This document shows, piece by piece, positions 8,547 to 19,474 of a stretch of DNA of 50,138 nucleotides. The position numbers were made by a program, and so were the translations under genes. The stretch is from an uncultured beta proteobacterium. GTDB lineage: Bacteria; Pseudomonadota; Gammaproteobacteria; Burkholderiales; Burkholderiaceae. Positions within the stretch are counted from its first letter, which is position 1; each line of letters opens with the position of its first letter. The stretch is from assembly GCA_903909925.1 (NCBI GenBank), contig CAIVXR010000228.1:1-50138 (forward strand). The letters run 5' to 3'. The notes under the pieces were generated by a model that saw only the letters and a program-made list of their open reading frames with translations, made no database searches and was not told the origin of the DNA.

Positions 8547-9622
8547 GCAACCCCCATGATGACTCACTCATTATTCGCACCTGGCATGAAATCGCAGTTA
8601 CTGCGCTGGAATCTAGGGCGACTGATATTCACATTGAAGCTGGGTCACAAGCTACTCTAGTTCGCATTAGGGTTGATGGCTTGCTACGTGTGCAAGCGCA
8701 ATTTGAAATTTCACTACATGAGCGCTTAATCACTCGAATCAAAATACTGGCGCGCCTTGATATTGCTGAAAAACGCCTACCCCAAGATGGCCGACTGTTG
8801 ATTGGCCCTGATTTTTCTAAACCCCATATTGACTGCCGGGTTTCGATACTTCCAACCCTATATGGTGAAAAAGCAGTCATCCGAATTTTGCCAAATAGCC
8901 TTAACGATCTTGCTGTTGAACAAATTGGCTTGCTCCCAGAACAGTTAGCAATCTTTCAAGGTGCTCTCAAGCAAGCCAATGGTTTGATATTAGTAACCGG
9001 CCCTACTGGTAGCGGGAAAACAAGAACTCTCTATAGTTGTTTGCGGACCCTAAATCAAAGTCATCGCAATCTTTGCTCTATAGAAGATCCCATTGAAATT
9101 CGTCTACCTGGAGTGAATCAAATAGCGTATCACCCTCGCTCAGGCTTAGATTTTCCAACTATCATCCGCGCCTTGCTGCGGCAAGATCCAGATGTCATCA
9201 TGATTGGCGAAATTCGAGATAGCGCTACTGCAGAGCTTGCAATACAAGCAGCACAGACTGGCCATCTTGTCTTGAGCACTTTACATACGCGCAATGCTAG
9301 AGGCGCGCTCACGAGATTAAAAAGTTTAGGCCTTGATCAGGAGTCGCTAGAATCTTGTTTACGTAGTGTAAGCTCACAACGCTTGGTTCGAAAGATTTGT
9401 CGCCAATGTCAGGGCAAGGCAATCAAAGAAAATAGTCATTGCCCAACCTGCAAAGGGACTGGCAGCTATGGTCGTATTGGAGTGCATGAAGTATTAGGCG
9501 TAACGCACTTATTTAATTCATCTTTAAAGCATCTAAGCATGTATGAGGCTGGCCTGCAATATGTCAAAGCAGGTTTGATTCATGAGCCCGATCTACAGAC
9601 TGAGATCGGCACATGGCACTAA
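8543..9622 (+). CDS. pilB: Type IV pilus / T2SS assembly ATPase (PilB/GspE-like), short form
   Basis: ATDIHIE, LDIAEKRLPQDGR, Walker A GPTGSGKT, LRQDPDVIMIGEIRD, GHLVLSTLHT, CRQC..CPTC zinc motif; upstream of pilC-pilD-coaE. Confidence 0.85.
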   Translation: MSNPHDDSLIIRTWHEIAVTALESRATDIHIEAGSQATLVRIRVDGLLRVQAQFEISLHERLITRIKILARLDIAEKRLPQDGRLLIGPDFSKPHIDCRVSILPTLYGEKAVIRILPNSLNDLAVEQIGLLPEQLAIFQGALKQANGLILVTGPTGSGKTRTLYSCLRTLNQSHRNLCSIEDPIEIRLPGVNQIAYHPRSGLDFPTIIRALLRQDPDVIMIGEIRDSATAELAIQAAQTGHLVLSTLHTRNARGALTRLKSLGLDQESLESCLRSVSSQRLVRKICRQCQGKAIKENSHCPTCKGTGSYGRIGVHEVLGVTHLFNSSLKHLSMYEAGLQYVKAGLIHEPDLQTEIGTWH

Positions 9623-10659
9623 GTAAATTAGATCAACTTTCTTTTGCCCAGCAACTCTTATCACTCTTGACTGCTGGGCTTGCACTTTTAAATGCAATAG
9701 AACTAATGCTAAGTTCTGGCACAAAGGGGTGGCAACGCTCCTTAAGTCATTTGCCAATCCAGCTAAGAAAGGGACATAGCTTTTCACAAGCCCTGCTGGG
9801 ACAGAGAAACCAGTTTTCTGCAGAATTTATTAACCTCATTCGGGTCAGTGAACGCACCGGCAATATTGAACTAGCACTACAAACTATTTGCCAGCAGCTT
9901 GAGGCTCAAATTGAACTGCGGCGTAAGGTTCAGCAAGCTTTGAGCTACCCTGCTATCACCCTTGCCAGCTCCTTTTTACTAATCCTGGTCATGATGATTT
10001 GGGTGGTACCGGTATTTAAGGATGTCTTTTCTCACTTTCAAGCGCAATTGCCAGCGCCCACTAGAGTACTCATTCAAATATCTACTGTGATTCAGTCTTT
10101 TTTCTTAGAAATACTTACCCTTATCATTAGTAGCGCTGGATTATTTTTGCTTGCGTGGATCAAAATACCCAACTTGCAGAAAAAATGTGACGAACTGAGT
10201 TTTTGTATTCCAATACTTGGTAAGTTATTTCGCCTCGCAACGCTGACCTACTGGTGCAGGACTTTGGGGCACTTATTAGACTCAGGCTTAGCGCTTCCCG
10301 ATGCACTTCGTGTGACTGCGCAATCTTCTAACCATTGGCTTAGTCATAACCTGAGCGCCGAGGTCTTTAAACATCTCACTAGGGGCTGGCCACTAGGTGA
10401 TGCGCTTATTCGCGCCGATCCTAAACACATCTTGTTTGATATGGAAACTTTACAATTACTCCGAATTGCTTCAGAAAGTGGCGCCCTTCCAAAAATGCTA
10501 GGTAAGCGCGCAAATGCACTGGGGTCCCAACTTAGCAATCGCCTTAATACCTTGAGTCAAAGCTTAGAGCCCTTGCTCATTATCTTTGTTGGGATTGTTA
10601 TTGGTAGTCTTGTCATAATCCTGTATCTCCCAATTTTTAATCTAGGACAAATTGTGTAA
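9613..10659 (+). CDS. pilC: Type IV pilus platform protein (PilC/GspF family)
   Basis: F.QQL.SLL.AGL, ERTGNI, ALSYP, VVPVFK..F and LEP.LI....G..VI..YLPIF.LG repeats of the T2SSF family. Confidence 0.88.
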   Translation: MALSKLDQLSFAQQLLSLLTAGLALLNAIELMLSSGTKGWQRSLSHLPIQLRKGHSFSQALLGQRNQFSAEFINLIRVSERTGNIELALQTICQQLEAQIELRRKVQQALSYPAITLASSFLLILVMMIWVVPVFKDVFSHFQAQLPAPTRVLIQISTVIQSFFLEILTLIISSAGLFLLAWIKIPNLQKKCDELSFCIPILGKLFRLATLTYWCRTLGHLLDSGLALPDALRVTAQSSNHWLSHNLSAEVFKHLTRGWPLGDALIRADPKHILFDMETLQLLRIASESGALPKMLGKRANALGSQLSNRLNTLSQSLEPLLIIFVGIVIGSLVIILYLPIFNLGQIV

Positions 10660-11159
10660 TGGGCTCTCTAGCAGTCACTGACCTTATTCGGCTTTCGCTG
10701 ATCCTAGTATTGGTTTATTTAGCCTATATTGACTTAAGGACATTTCGATTACCAGACCTCTTTACTCTGCCCCTGATCTTTGTAGGGCTTTGCTTTAATG
10801 GTTTTTCAAGCCTGGCATTTATAGACTCTCAAGCATCCATCCTCGGCGCTCTGCTTGGCTATTCATTGTTATGGCTATTAAATCGCCTATATCGATATAT
10901 CAAGAAACAAGACGGCATTGGGATGGGTGATGCCAAGCTTTTAGCCGCACTAGGTGCCTGGCTGGGCTGGAGCGCTCTTCCAGGCGTCTTATTCCTGGCA
11001 TCCGTCCTTGGAATCGTTGGCGGCATACTCTGGCTCAAGCTCAATAAAAAAAATCAGGGGTCACCATTTCCTTTTGGGCCATTTCTGATCTTTGCTGGCA
11101 TCATTGAGTTGTTATGGTCACAGCTGATTCAAAATCTACTATTGAGCAATCTGCTCTAA
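10659..11159 (+). CDS. pilD: Prepilin peptidase (A24), peptidase domain only
   Basis: Both catalytic Asp motifs (IDLRTFRLPD, GMGDAKLLAALGAWLG) and PFGPFL are present; no N-terminal CxxC zinc/methylase domain. Confidence 0.82.
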   Translation: MGSLAVTDLIRLSLILVLVYLAYIDLRTFRLPDLFTLPLIFVGLCFNGFSSLAFIDSQASILGALLGYSLLWLLNRLYRYIKKQDGIGMGDAKLLAALGAWLGWSALPGVLFLASVLGIVGGILWLKLNKKNQGSPFPFGPFLIFAGIIELLWSQLIQNLLLSNLL

Positions 11160-11800
11160 GCGCACTAAAGGGGCGCATACCCCTCATTGGCCTAACGGGC
11201 GGGATTGGCTCTGGAAAAACTGCTGTTAGTGACTTACTGACTCAGCTTGGTGCTGGCATCGTAGATACCGACCTGATTGCCCATCAAATTACAGCGCCTC
11301 ATGGATCTGCAATAGCGCTGATTGAAAAACAATTTGGTGCGGACTTCATTACAACAGATGGCGCCCTGAACAGAGATAAGATGCGCTCCTTGGTCTTTGC
11401 CACGCCAGAAGCCAGAAAATCCTTAGAGGCGATTACCCATCCACTGATACGCCAAGAGACTACTAAACAAGCCCTACAGTTAAGTGAAGAAGGCGCTCCA
11501 TACCTAGTCTTCGTCGTGCCCTTACTTATTGAGTCTGGGTCCTGGCAGAATCTGATTGATCTTCTCGTAGTCGTGGACTGCCCCCAAGAGACCCAAATTC
11601 AAAGGGTGATGCAGCGCAGCAATTTAAGCCGGGAAGAGGTTGAACAAATTCTGGCTGCTCAAGCAAGTAGGCAAGAGCGTCTCAAGCATGCTGATATGGT
11701 TATCGAGAACCAGGGAAGCCCAAAGCAACTAGAAGTAGAAGTGCAAAACTTGCACCAAAAAATTTTACGGTTTCAGAAAGATCGACTCAGTTCGTCATAG
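11114..11800 (+). CDS. coaE: Dephospho-CoA kinase
   Basis: IGLTGGIGSGKT, VDTD.IAH, LEAITHPLI, VPLLIE motifs; exact start uncertain. Confidence 0.95.
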   Translation: MVTADSKSTIEQSALSALKGRIPLIGLTGGIGSGKTAVSDLLTQLGAGIVDTDLIAHQITAPHGSAIALIEKQFGADFITTDGALNRDKMRSLVFATPEARKSLEAITHPLIRQETTKQALQLSEEGAPYLVFVVPLLIESGSWQNLIDLLVVVDCPQETQIQRVMQRSNLSREEVEQILAAQASRQERLKHADMVIENQGSPKQLEVEVQNLHQKILRFQKDRLSSS

Positions 11801-11811
11801 AATATGGGCTT

Positions 11812-12564
11812 GTGATTGTCTACGAATACCCATTTAACGAATTAGTTCGAAGCATGCTTCGGCTGGAGTATTTGTTCGCCCGTTTCAATCACTTCCTGCG
11901 CTCAGATGATCCAGAGCTTCACCATAACGCCATCTCTATTTTGTTTGATCTTGGTGATATTGGCGCAAGGGGTGATATTAAGTCTTTATTACTCAAAGAA
12001 TTCGAGCGTCAAAAATATGCTCTCAATGGCCTCAAGTCATCACAGAAGGTAGATCAAGAAGCCCTCTCCCAAACTCTATCTGAAATTGACTCTGCTGCCA
12101 GTAGCATCAATCAATCTGCTGGCAAGCCTAATTCAGCGATTACAGAAAGTGAATGGTTAAATGCGATTCGTACTCGACTCAATATTCCAGGTGGAACGAG
12201 TCCAATTGATTTACCTAGCTATCATGCCTGGAAAAATAGTCCTTCAAGCGAGCGTCGCAAAATTTTAGAAAAATATGTAGGCCCACTTTTGCCATGGCAA
12301 CAATCATGTCAATTATTTTTGCGCCTATTACGTCAATCCGGCGAAGCAAAAGATGTGCTTGCCCACAATGGCTCGTTTCAGCAAGCGCCTTCTGGCAAGG
12401 TATATCAACTAATGCGCATTACCTTAGAAGATGACACCCTGTATTCAGAAATCAGCGCTAATAAATACCTACTCTCAGTGCGCTTTTTAAAAGCCGATGG
12501 GGATAAAAAGGCACAGCTTGTTAGTACAGATGTGCCGTTTAAACTGACGCTCTGTCAGTTCTAA
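11812..12564 (+). CDS. zapD: Cell division protein ZapD
   Basis: YEYPFNE.VR..LRLE, IPGGTSPIDLPSYHAW, EISANK motifs; follows coaE. Confidence 0.95.
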   Translation: MIVYEYPFNELVRSMLRLEYLFARFNHFLRSDDPELHHNAISILFDLGDIGARGDIKSLLLKEFERQKYALNGLKSSQKVDQEALSQTLSEIDSAASSINQSAGKPNSAITESEWLNAIRTRLNIPGGTSPIDLPSYHAWKNSPSSERRKILEKYVGPLLPWQQSCQLFLRLLRQSGEAKDVLAHNGSFQQAPSGKVYQLMRITLEDDTLYSEISANKYLLSVRFLKADGDKKAQLVSTDVPFKLTLCQF

Positions 12565-12977
12565 GCCAAAGACCTTCTAAGGCACTCCAGCATTGGCCAG
12601 GCCGCTGGCAGTAAGGGCTCAACACTGGGAGTCTGCGCGCCAATAAACTCCCAAGAGAGAGCTTGCCCCTCACGCCCTATCGGTTTACCTGTCCAATTAC
12701 GGATAATGCTGACATACAAGCGAACATAAGCATGTGGATAGTCGTGCTCCAAGACGGTTAATTCTTCGCTAGACTCAATGTCGATACCAAGCTCTTCTTG
12801 CAGTTCACGCTGTAAAGCCTGAAAAACCGTTTCACCTTTTTCTACTTTTCCGCCTGGTACTTCCCAGTAACCAGCATAGGGCTTACCTTCAGGCCTTTGA
12901 CCTAAAAGATAGCGATTTTCCGAATCCAATAATATTCCTGCAGCAACAACGGTGACAGGGCGATTCATTTCATTCAT
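12561..12977 (-). CDS. MutT-like Nudix hydrolase
   Basis: Nudix box GGKVEKGET..QAL.RELQEELG; RPEGKPYAGYWE; EGQAL.W. Confidence 0.9.
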   Translation of the reverse strand: MNEMNRPVTVVAAGILLDSENRYLLGQRPEGKPYAGYWEVPGGKVEKGETVFQALQRELQEELGIDIESSEELTVLEHDYPHAYVRLYVSIIRNWTGKPIGREGQALSWEFIGAQTPSVEPLLPAAWPMLECLRRSLA

Positions 12978-12991
12978 AGAAATAAATCATC

Positions 12992-13849
12992 TCAAGCATG
13001 AGAGCCTGCCCAGTGTTTTGCAAATTGCCAGGCGACCCGACCAGAACGTGAACCGCGCTCCAGCGCCCAAACTAAGGCCTCTGAATGTGCAGATTCAATT
13101 TGTGCAGCATTTAAACCAAAATGGCTTAACCAATGCGCAACGATAGCCAAATACTCATCTTGCTTTGGTGGATAAAAAGAGAGCCACAACCCAAAACGCT
13201 CAGATAAAGAAATTTTTTCTTCTACTACTTCGCCCGGATGAATCTCACCATCATCGCTATAAGCGTAGCCTTCGTTATCTTTCATATACTCAGGCAATAA
13301 ATGGCGACGGTTTGATGTGGCATAAATCAAAATATTATCGACTTGAGCGGAAACAGATCCATCAAGGGCAGATTTCATTGCCTTATATCCAGATTCGCCC
13401 TCATCAAATGACAGATCATCACAAAAAACAATAAACCGCTCAGGTCGCTCAGCCAAGATATCGGCAATCTCAGCCAAATCGGCTAAATGCTCTTTCTCTA
13501 CTTCAACTAAACGCAATCCCTGGCTAGCAAACTCATGCAGGCTAGCCTTAATCAAAGAAGATTTACCAGTTCCCCTAGCGCCTGTAAGCAATATATTATT
13601 TGCGGGCTTTTTTTGGATGAAGTGTTTAGTGTTCTCGCGTATAGCATCTCGTTGACGATCAATATTCTTCAAATCATCAAATGTGATATCTGAAATATGT
13701 TTCACTGGTTGCATAAAACCAATACTGCCAAAAATACTATCGCGCCTACGCCATCTAAACGCAGTAGAAGACTTCCACTCCTTCTCAGTTAAAGGCTTAG
13801 GCAGGAAAGTTTCTAGATGGTCTAAGAGTTGCTCTAATTTTTCATTCAT
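12992..13849 (-). CDS. DUF815 family AAA+ ATP-binding protein
   Basis: PANNILLTGARGTGKSS, FCDDLSF, YATSNRRHL, EEKISLSERFGLWLSF, RSGRVAWQF. Confidence 0.9.
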   Translation of the reverse strand: MNEKLEQLLDHLETFLPKPLTEKEWKSSTAFRWRRRDSIFGSIGFMQPVKHISDITFDDLKNIDRQRDAIRENTKHFIQKKPANNILLTGARGTGKSSLIKASLHEFASQGLRLVEVEKEHLADLAEIADILAERPERFIVFCDDLSFDEGESGYKAMKSALDGSVSAQVDNILIYATSNRRHLLPEYMKDNEGYAYSDDGEIHPGEVVEEKISLSERFGLWLSFYPPKQDEYLAIVAHWLSHFGLNAAQIESAHSEALVWALERGSRSGRVAWQFAKHWAGSHA

Positions 13850-13860
13850 ATTTTTAGCTT

Positions 13861-15096
13861 TTAAGAGCGGTAGTCGGCATTAATAGATACGTATTCATGA
13901 GACAAGTCGCATGTCCACATCGTTTGAGTAGTATTACCACGGCCCAGGTCAATCCTGACAGTAATCTCTTGAGCTTGCATTACCCTTTGGCCATCGGCTT
14001 CTTGATAGCTTGGGTTGCGACCACCATCTTTAGTAACCCAAACGTCACCAAGCCACATCTGCACACGACCTACATCTAAGTCGGCAATACCGGCATAACC
14101 AATCGCTGCCAAAATACGGCCCAGATTTGGATCGCTTGCAAAGAAAGCGGTTTTCACTAAGGGAGAGTGTGCTACGGCTTTCGCAACTAAGCGACACTCC
14201 GCTTCGGTCTTGCCCCCGAATACCTCAATGGTAATAAATTTCGTAGCCCCCTCACCATCACGCACAATCATTTGCGCTAACTTTCTAGCCAGCGCAATCA
14301 AAGCATCGCGGACCACCGCATAACTTGGATCTGCTACTGATTGAATCTGTGCTGCAGACTGGCCAGTAGCAATCACAATGAATGAGTCATTCGTTGAGGT
14401 ATCACCATCAATGGTGATAGCATTAAAAGAAAGGTCAGCAACTTCACGAGTGAGCTGCATCAATAGGCCAGGAGCAAAACCTGCATCGGTTGCAATAAAG
14501 CCGAGCATAGTTGCCATATTTGGATGAATCATCCCAGCACCCTTACAGATACCGGTAATCACTACTGGTCCTGCTGGAGTTGATACCGTTATTGAAGTTG
14601 CTTTAGGCTGGGTATCAGTAGTCATGATGGCCTGTGCAGCATCAAGCCAATTGTCTTCGCCTAAATTGGAAACTGCCTTTGGCAAAGCCTGAATAATTTT
14701 TTCAATTGGCAAAGGCTCCAGAATCACACCTGTTGAAAATGGCAGAATTTGCTCTGGATGAATCTTCAGATCTTTAGCGAGAGCAGCGCATGTTTGTAAG
14801 GCATGTTTCATACCTGATTCACCAGTGCCAGCATTGGCATTACCGGTATTGACCACTAAAGCGCGGATTTCTCCATTGCGACCCTCTTGCGCCAAATGCT
14901 CACGACAAACTTGCACGGGTGCAGCGCAAAAGCGATTTAAAGTAAATACTCCAGCAACCTGAGACCCAGGCGCCAAAGTCATGACTAACAAATCTTTACG
15001 ATTTGCTTTCTTGATTCCGGCTTCAGCAATACCCATCTCAAAACCTTTTATGGGCTTGAGATCAGCTTTTAGAGGGAGGGGTAGATTAACTGTCAT
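13861..15096 (-). CDS. argJ: Bifunctional ornithine acetyltransferase/N-acetylglutamate synthase
   Basis: [53 protein letters not shown]. Confidence 0.97.
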   Translation of the reverse strand: MTVNLPLPLKADLKPIKGFEMGIAEAGIKKANRKDLLVMTLAPGSQVAGVFTLNRFCAAPVQVCREHLAQEGRNGEIRALVVNTGNANAGTGESGMKHALQTCAALAKDLKIHPEQILPFSTGVILEPLPIEKIIQALPKAVSNLGEDNWLDAAQAIMTTDTQPKATSITVSTPAGPVVITGICKGAGMIHPNMATMLGFIATDAGFAPGLLMQLTREVADLSFNAITIDGDTSTNDSFIVIATGQSAAQIQSVADPSYAVVRDALIALARKLAQMIVRDGEGATKFITIEVFGGKTEAECRLVAKAVAHSPLVKTAFFASDPNLGRILAAIGYAGIADLDVGRVQMWLGDVWVTKDGGRNPSYQEADGQRVMQAQEITVRIDLGRGNTTQTMWTCDLSHEYVSINADYRS

Positions 15097-15155
15097 AGTC
15101 TGACAATTGTAGATGAGGGCTTCAAGGGGTGCTAGTGAGCGACCTTAAGCAGCAT

Positions 15156-17921
15156 CTAGCTCAAGGTGCCACAGCAATTCTTATATTTTTTGCCGCTACC
15201 ACAAGTGCAAGGGTCATTACGACCAATCTTGGGTCCTGTGCGCACAGGCGCAGGAATAATCTCAATGTCAGCACCGCGATCACCTGTTGATCCGGCCACC
15301 TCTTTATCAGGGTCAGCATGCTGATATTGGACATCTGCCAATTTAGCTAAGTCATCATTCATTGATTCAGCGGCTTGATCTAATTCACTAGCGCTTCTGA
15401 TCTTGACTGTCATGATGCTTTTCACCACATCATTCTTAATCACACTAAGTAACTCGCCGTATAGTTCAAAAGCTTCACGGCGGTATTCTTGTTTTGGATC
15501 TTTTTGAGCATAGCCGCGCAGATGAATGCCTTGACGCAAATGATCTAAAGCTGCCAAGTGCTCACGCCAATGGGTATCGAGACTGTATAAAAGAACGGAG
15601 CGCTCATATCCGGCAAAAGACTCTCGGCCAGATAATTCAACTTTTGCGTCATAGGCTTCTTTAGCAGCTTGTAAAACACGATCCACAATCTCTGTGTCTT
15701 CTGCTGTCTGAGCGCTCTCCACCCAATTGCGCAGGTCGACAGTCAAACCCCAATCGCTTGCTAAGACATTTTCAAGTTCAGGCAAATCCCACTGCTCTTC
15801 CATAGACTCAAGGGGAACGTAGAGGGAGCAAACCGAGCGCAAGACATCTTCCCGTAAATTGGCAATTAAATCGCCAATGTCTTTACTTTCGAGAACTTCA
15901 TTTCTCAAGCGATAAGTTTCTTTGCGCTGATCGTTCGCAACATCGTCATATTCCAATAACTGTTTACGAATATCAAAGTTACGGCCTTCAACCTTACGCT
16001 GCGCAGACTCAATCGAGCGAGTTACCATGCCAGCTTCAATTGGCTCACCATCAGGCATCTTTAAGCGCTCCATCACTGCACGCAAACGGTCGCCAGCAAA
16101 AATACGCAACAGCGAATCATCTAAAGAAAGGTAAAAACGAGATGAGCCTGGATCACCCTGACGGCCTGAGCGACCTCTTAATTGATTATCAATACGACGA
16201 CTCTCATGACGCTCAGTGCCAATGATGTGTAAACCACCAGCAGCAAGAACCTGATCGTGAAGACCTTGCCACTCATCTTGCAGTGCTTTAATCTTGCGTG
16301 CTTTTTCTGCATCAGACAGGGTAGAGTCAGCCTCAATCAAAGAAGATTGTTTGCCGACATTGCCCCCAAGCACAATGTCCGTTCCGCGACCAGCCATATT
16401 AGTAGCAATGGTGATCATTTTAGGACGACCCGCTTGGGCAATGATTTCAGCTTCTCGTGCATGCTGCTTAGCATTCAAAACCTGGTGGGGTAATTTACGT
16501 TGATCAAGTAATTTACCAATCAACTCTGAATTTTCAATCGATGTAGTACCAACTAGTACTGGTTGACCGCGCTCATAGCAATCTTCAATATCTTTAGTGA
16601 CAGCGTCATAACGCTCACGCGAGGACTTGAAGATTTGGTCTTGGCGATCTTTGCGTTGACTAATTCTATTGGGTGGAATCACTACGGTTTCAAGGTTATA
16701 GATTTCCTTAAATTCGTAGGCTTCAGTATCTGCGGTTCCAGTCATACCAGCTAACTTACCGTACATACGGAAGTAATTCTGAAAAGTAATCGTAGCTAGG
16801 GTCTGATTCTCATTCTGAATCGGCACGCCTTCTTTAGCTTCTACTGCTTGATGGAGGCCATCAGACCAACGTCGGCCTTGCATCAATCGGCCAGTGAACT
16901 CATCAACAATAATGACTTCTTTATTTTGTACAACATAGTGTTGATCACGGTTGTACAGACAGTGTGCGCGCAATGCTGCATACACGTGATGCATCAAAGT
17001 AATGTTTTGAGGTGCGTACAAAGAAGCGCCATCATTTAAGGCGCCCAGCTGCACTAAGATTTCTTCAGCCTTATCATGACCTTGTTCAGTCAAATAGACC
17101 TGCTGCGACTTTTCATCTACCCAATAGTCTCCGGGCTTCTCAACGCCAGTGCCATCAGATTTTTCTTCACCAATTTGACGCTCTAGATAAGAAGGAAGTG
17201 CATTGATTTTGATATAAAGATCTGTATGGTCTTCGGCCTGACCAGAAATAATGAGTGGTGTGCGTGCTTCATCAATCAGAATCGAGTCAACCTCATCGAC
17301 AATTGCATATGCCAAACCACGTTGCACACGCTGATCCAAATCCTGAACCATGTTGTCACGCAAATAGTCAAAACCAAACTCGTTATTAGTGCCGTAGGTA
17401 ATATCAGCGGCATAGGCCTCTTGTTTTGTCTTGTGATCCATCTGCGACAGATTCACACCGACTTTCATGCCCAAAAAGTTATATAAGGTAGACATCCACT
17501 CAGCATCGCGCTGCGCCAAATAATCATTCACCGTAACCACATGAACGCCTTTGCCAGTTAAGGCATTTAAATAAACTGGGAGTGTTGCGGTTAAAGTTTT
17601 TCCTTCACCAGTTCCCATCTCCGCAATCTTGCCTTGATGTAAAGCGATAGCACCCATAATCTGCGCATCAAAATGACGCATTTTCATGACGCGCACGCTA
17701 GCCTCGCGAACTACCGCAAATGCTTCTGCAGAAATATCCTCGAGAGTCTCCCCACTAGCTAAGCGAGATTTGAACTCTGTAGTTTTAGCAGTCAGAGCGG
17801 CATCATCTAAAGATTGCAGGCTGGCTTCAAAAGCGCCAACCTTGGCAACGGCTTTGCGATACTGTTTTAAGAGGCGGTCGTTACGACTGCCGACCAGGGT
17901 TTTTAGAAGACCGATTACCAT
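15156..17921 (-). CDS. secA: Preprotein translocase ATPase SecA
   Basis: [50 protein letters not shown]-terminal [18 protein letters not shown]. Confidence 0.99.
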   Translation of the reverse strand: MVIGLLKTLVGSRNDRLLKQYRKAVAKVGAFEASLQSLDDAALTAKTTEFKSRLASGETLEDISAEAFAVVREASVRVMKMRHFDAQIMGAIALHQGKIAEMGTGEGKTLTATLPVYLNALTGKGVHVVTVNDYLAQRDAEWMSTLYNFLGMKVGVNLSQMDHKTKQEAYAADITYGTNNEFGFDYLRDNMVQDLDQRVQRGLAYAIVDEVDSILIDEARTPLIISGQAEDHTDLYIKINALPSYLERQIGEEKSDGTGVEKPGDYWVDEKSQQVYLTEQGHDKAEEILVQLGALNDGASLYAPQNITLMHHVYAALRAHCLYNRDQHYVVQNKEVIIVDEFTGRLMQGRRWSDGLHQAVEAKEGVPIQNENQTLATITFQNYFRMYGKLAGMTGTADTEAYEFKEIYNLETVVIPPNRISQRKDRQDQIFKSSRERYDAVTKDIEDCYERGQPVLVGTTSIENSELIGKLLDQRKLPHQVLNAKQHAREAEIIAQAGRPKMITIATNMAGRGTDIVLGGNVGKQSSLIEADSTLSDAEKARKIKALQDEWQGLHDQVLAAGGLHIIGTERHESRRIDNQLRGRSGRQGDPGSSRFYLSLDDSLLRIFAGDRLRAVMERLKMPDGEPIEAGMVTRSIESAQRKVEGRNFDIRKQLLEYDDVANDQRKETYRLRNEVLESKDIGDLIANLREDVLRSVCSLYVPLESMEEQWDLPELENVLASDWGLTVDLRNWVESAQTAEDTEIVDRVLQAAKEAYDAKVELSGRESFAGYERSVLLYSLDTHWREHLAALDHLRQGIHLRGYAQKDPKQEYRREAFELYGELLSVIKNDVVKSIMTVKIRSASELDQAAESMNDDLAKLADVQYQHADPDKEVAGSTGDRGADIEIIPAPVRTGPKIGRNDPCTCGSGKKYKNCCGTLS

Positions 17922-17975
17922 GGGATATTGAATAAAATGAAGATCTTGAGTTTATCACCCGCAACCCCATTTTTT

Positions 17976-18476
17976 ATGAACTTTGCCCGCAAACCATCCC
18001 GGAATCACTCAGCCCATGACTGGATGGAATACCTGCGCGAATCTAATGGACTTGGGGGTATTCTGGCCAAAACAGAAGATCTAGCTCAACTCAAGGCAAA
18101 GCTACTTATAGCTTTGGAGTCCTTAGATATTGGGCACTTGAGTCCAAAAATTGAAGTTGGGTGGCGCTCAGGCGCTCAGGACGAACTTTTTTTGCTAGTT
18201 GGTAGCGCTAGCATTGGCACACGTCTACAGCAAGTTTTACCCAGTTTAATCAATGAGTTAGGAAAAACTGGACTCAATTGCAAGGCCATTAAAGTCAAAG
18301 TAAAACCGGCTGTCCAAGACTGGGAAGTGAAGCCGAGACCAAACCTCAAGAATCTAGCCCCTAAAGGCTTTAATGCGGTAGCAAAAAAGTCTTGGCAAGA
18401 TCTGATAGAAAAACTATCACCAGATTCTGATCTGCGTAAGGCAGTTGAGCGTCTACTACAAAATAAACCTAAGTAG
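17976..18476 (+). CDS. DciA/DUF721-like protein (putative replicative helicase loader)
   Basis: Position and orientation between secA and lpxC as in Proteobacteria; L.L.V.SAS..TRLQQ.LP.L...L...G.....IKVKV pattern and C-terminal S.LR.AVERL. Start uncertain (17928-17976). Confidence 0.65.
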   Translation: MNFARKPSRNHSAHDWMEYLRESNGLGGILAKTEDLAQLKAKLLIALESLDIGHLSPKIEVGWRSGAQDELFLLVGSASIGTRLQQVLPSLINELGKTGLNCKAIKVKVKPAVQDWEVKPRPNLKNLAPKGFNAVAKKSWQDLIEKLSPDSDLRKAVERLLQNKPK

Positions 18477-18515
18477 CTAAAGCCAAACAGCTCACCAGCT
18501 CATTTTTAGAAAACT

Positions 18516-19430
18516 CTAGAAAAAGAGGGGTTGGCTCTCTTGAGAATAAGCAACAGGTGCCTTAGCTTCTGCATAAGACTCGATCGTATAAGAACTTGGG
18601 TCATCTAAAAGCTTACGCAGCAGAGCGTTGTTCAGAGCATGGCCCGATTTCTCAGCGACATAAGCGCCCACAATCGGATGACCTACTAAATACAGATCCC
18701 CAATCGCATCCAAGATTTTGTGACGCACAAACTCATCTTCATAACGTAATTCTTCGTTATTCAAAATTCGGTGCTCATCTAAAACAATGGCATTATCTAA
18801 ACTACCACCGCGGGCGAGGCCCATCTCACGCAGTGCTTCTACTTCATGAGCAAAACCAAATGTCCGTGCGCGACCAATTTCACTACGGTAAGCATGCTCT
18901 GCAAAATCTACAATAAAACGTTGGCCAGTTTTATCAACTGCAGGATGCTTAAAGTCGATCGTGAAGTCTAACTTAAATCCAAAGAAAGGTTCTAGGCGCG
19001 CAAGCTTGTCGCCATCACGCACTTCAACTGACTTTTTGATCACCACATACTGACGCGGTGCATCTTGCTCCACAATTCCAGCAGATTCAATTAAAAATAA
19101 AAATGAGGCAGCGCTACCATCCATGATGGGGACTTCTTCGCCATCTAGCTCTATCAATAAATTGTCTAAGCCTAGGCCAGCACATGCAGATAGTAAATGC
19201 TCAACCGTTGAAACGCGTACTCCATCTTTCTGAATAACCGATGCAAGCCTTGTATCGCAGACAGCTAAAGCGGTTGCGGGTACTACTGACTGCTCTGGTG
19301 TATCCACACGAACAAACTGGACCCCTGAATTTACCGGAGCTGGCTTAATAGAAATCGTCACCTTACAGCCAGAATGTAAACCAATGCCCACAGTTTTCAC
19401 TGGAGTAGCAATAGTTCTTTGTTTCATCAT
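18516..19430 (-). CDS. lpxC: UDP-3-O-acyl-N-acetylglucosamine deacetylase
   Basis: [44 protein letters not shown]. Confidence 0.98.
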   Translation of the reverse strand: MMKQRTIATPVKTVGIGLHSGCKVTISIKPAPVNSGVQFVRVDTPEQSVVPATALAVCDTRLASVIQKDGVRVSTVEHLLSACAGLGLDNLLIELDGEEVPIMDGSAASFLFLIESAGIVEQDAPRQYVVIKKSVEVRDGDKLARLEPFFGFKLDFTIDFKHPAVDKTGQRFIVDFAEHAYRSEIGRARTFGFAHEVEALREMGLARGGSLDNAIVLDEHRILNNEELRYEDEFVRHKILDAIGDLYLVGHPIVGAYVAEKSGHALNNALLRKLLDDPSSYTIESYAEAKAPVAYSQESQPLFF

Positions 19431-19474
19431 GGCGATATCTCTAAATTCAGGGGATATTTATTCACTAATTCGAA

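Noticed and set aside
19365-19367. Cys in LpxC GLHSGCKV where a basic residue is common
   Set aside because: One transition from CGT at a non-catalytic position; likely a polymorphism or sequencing variant.
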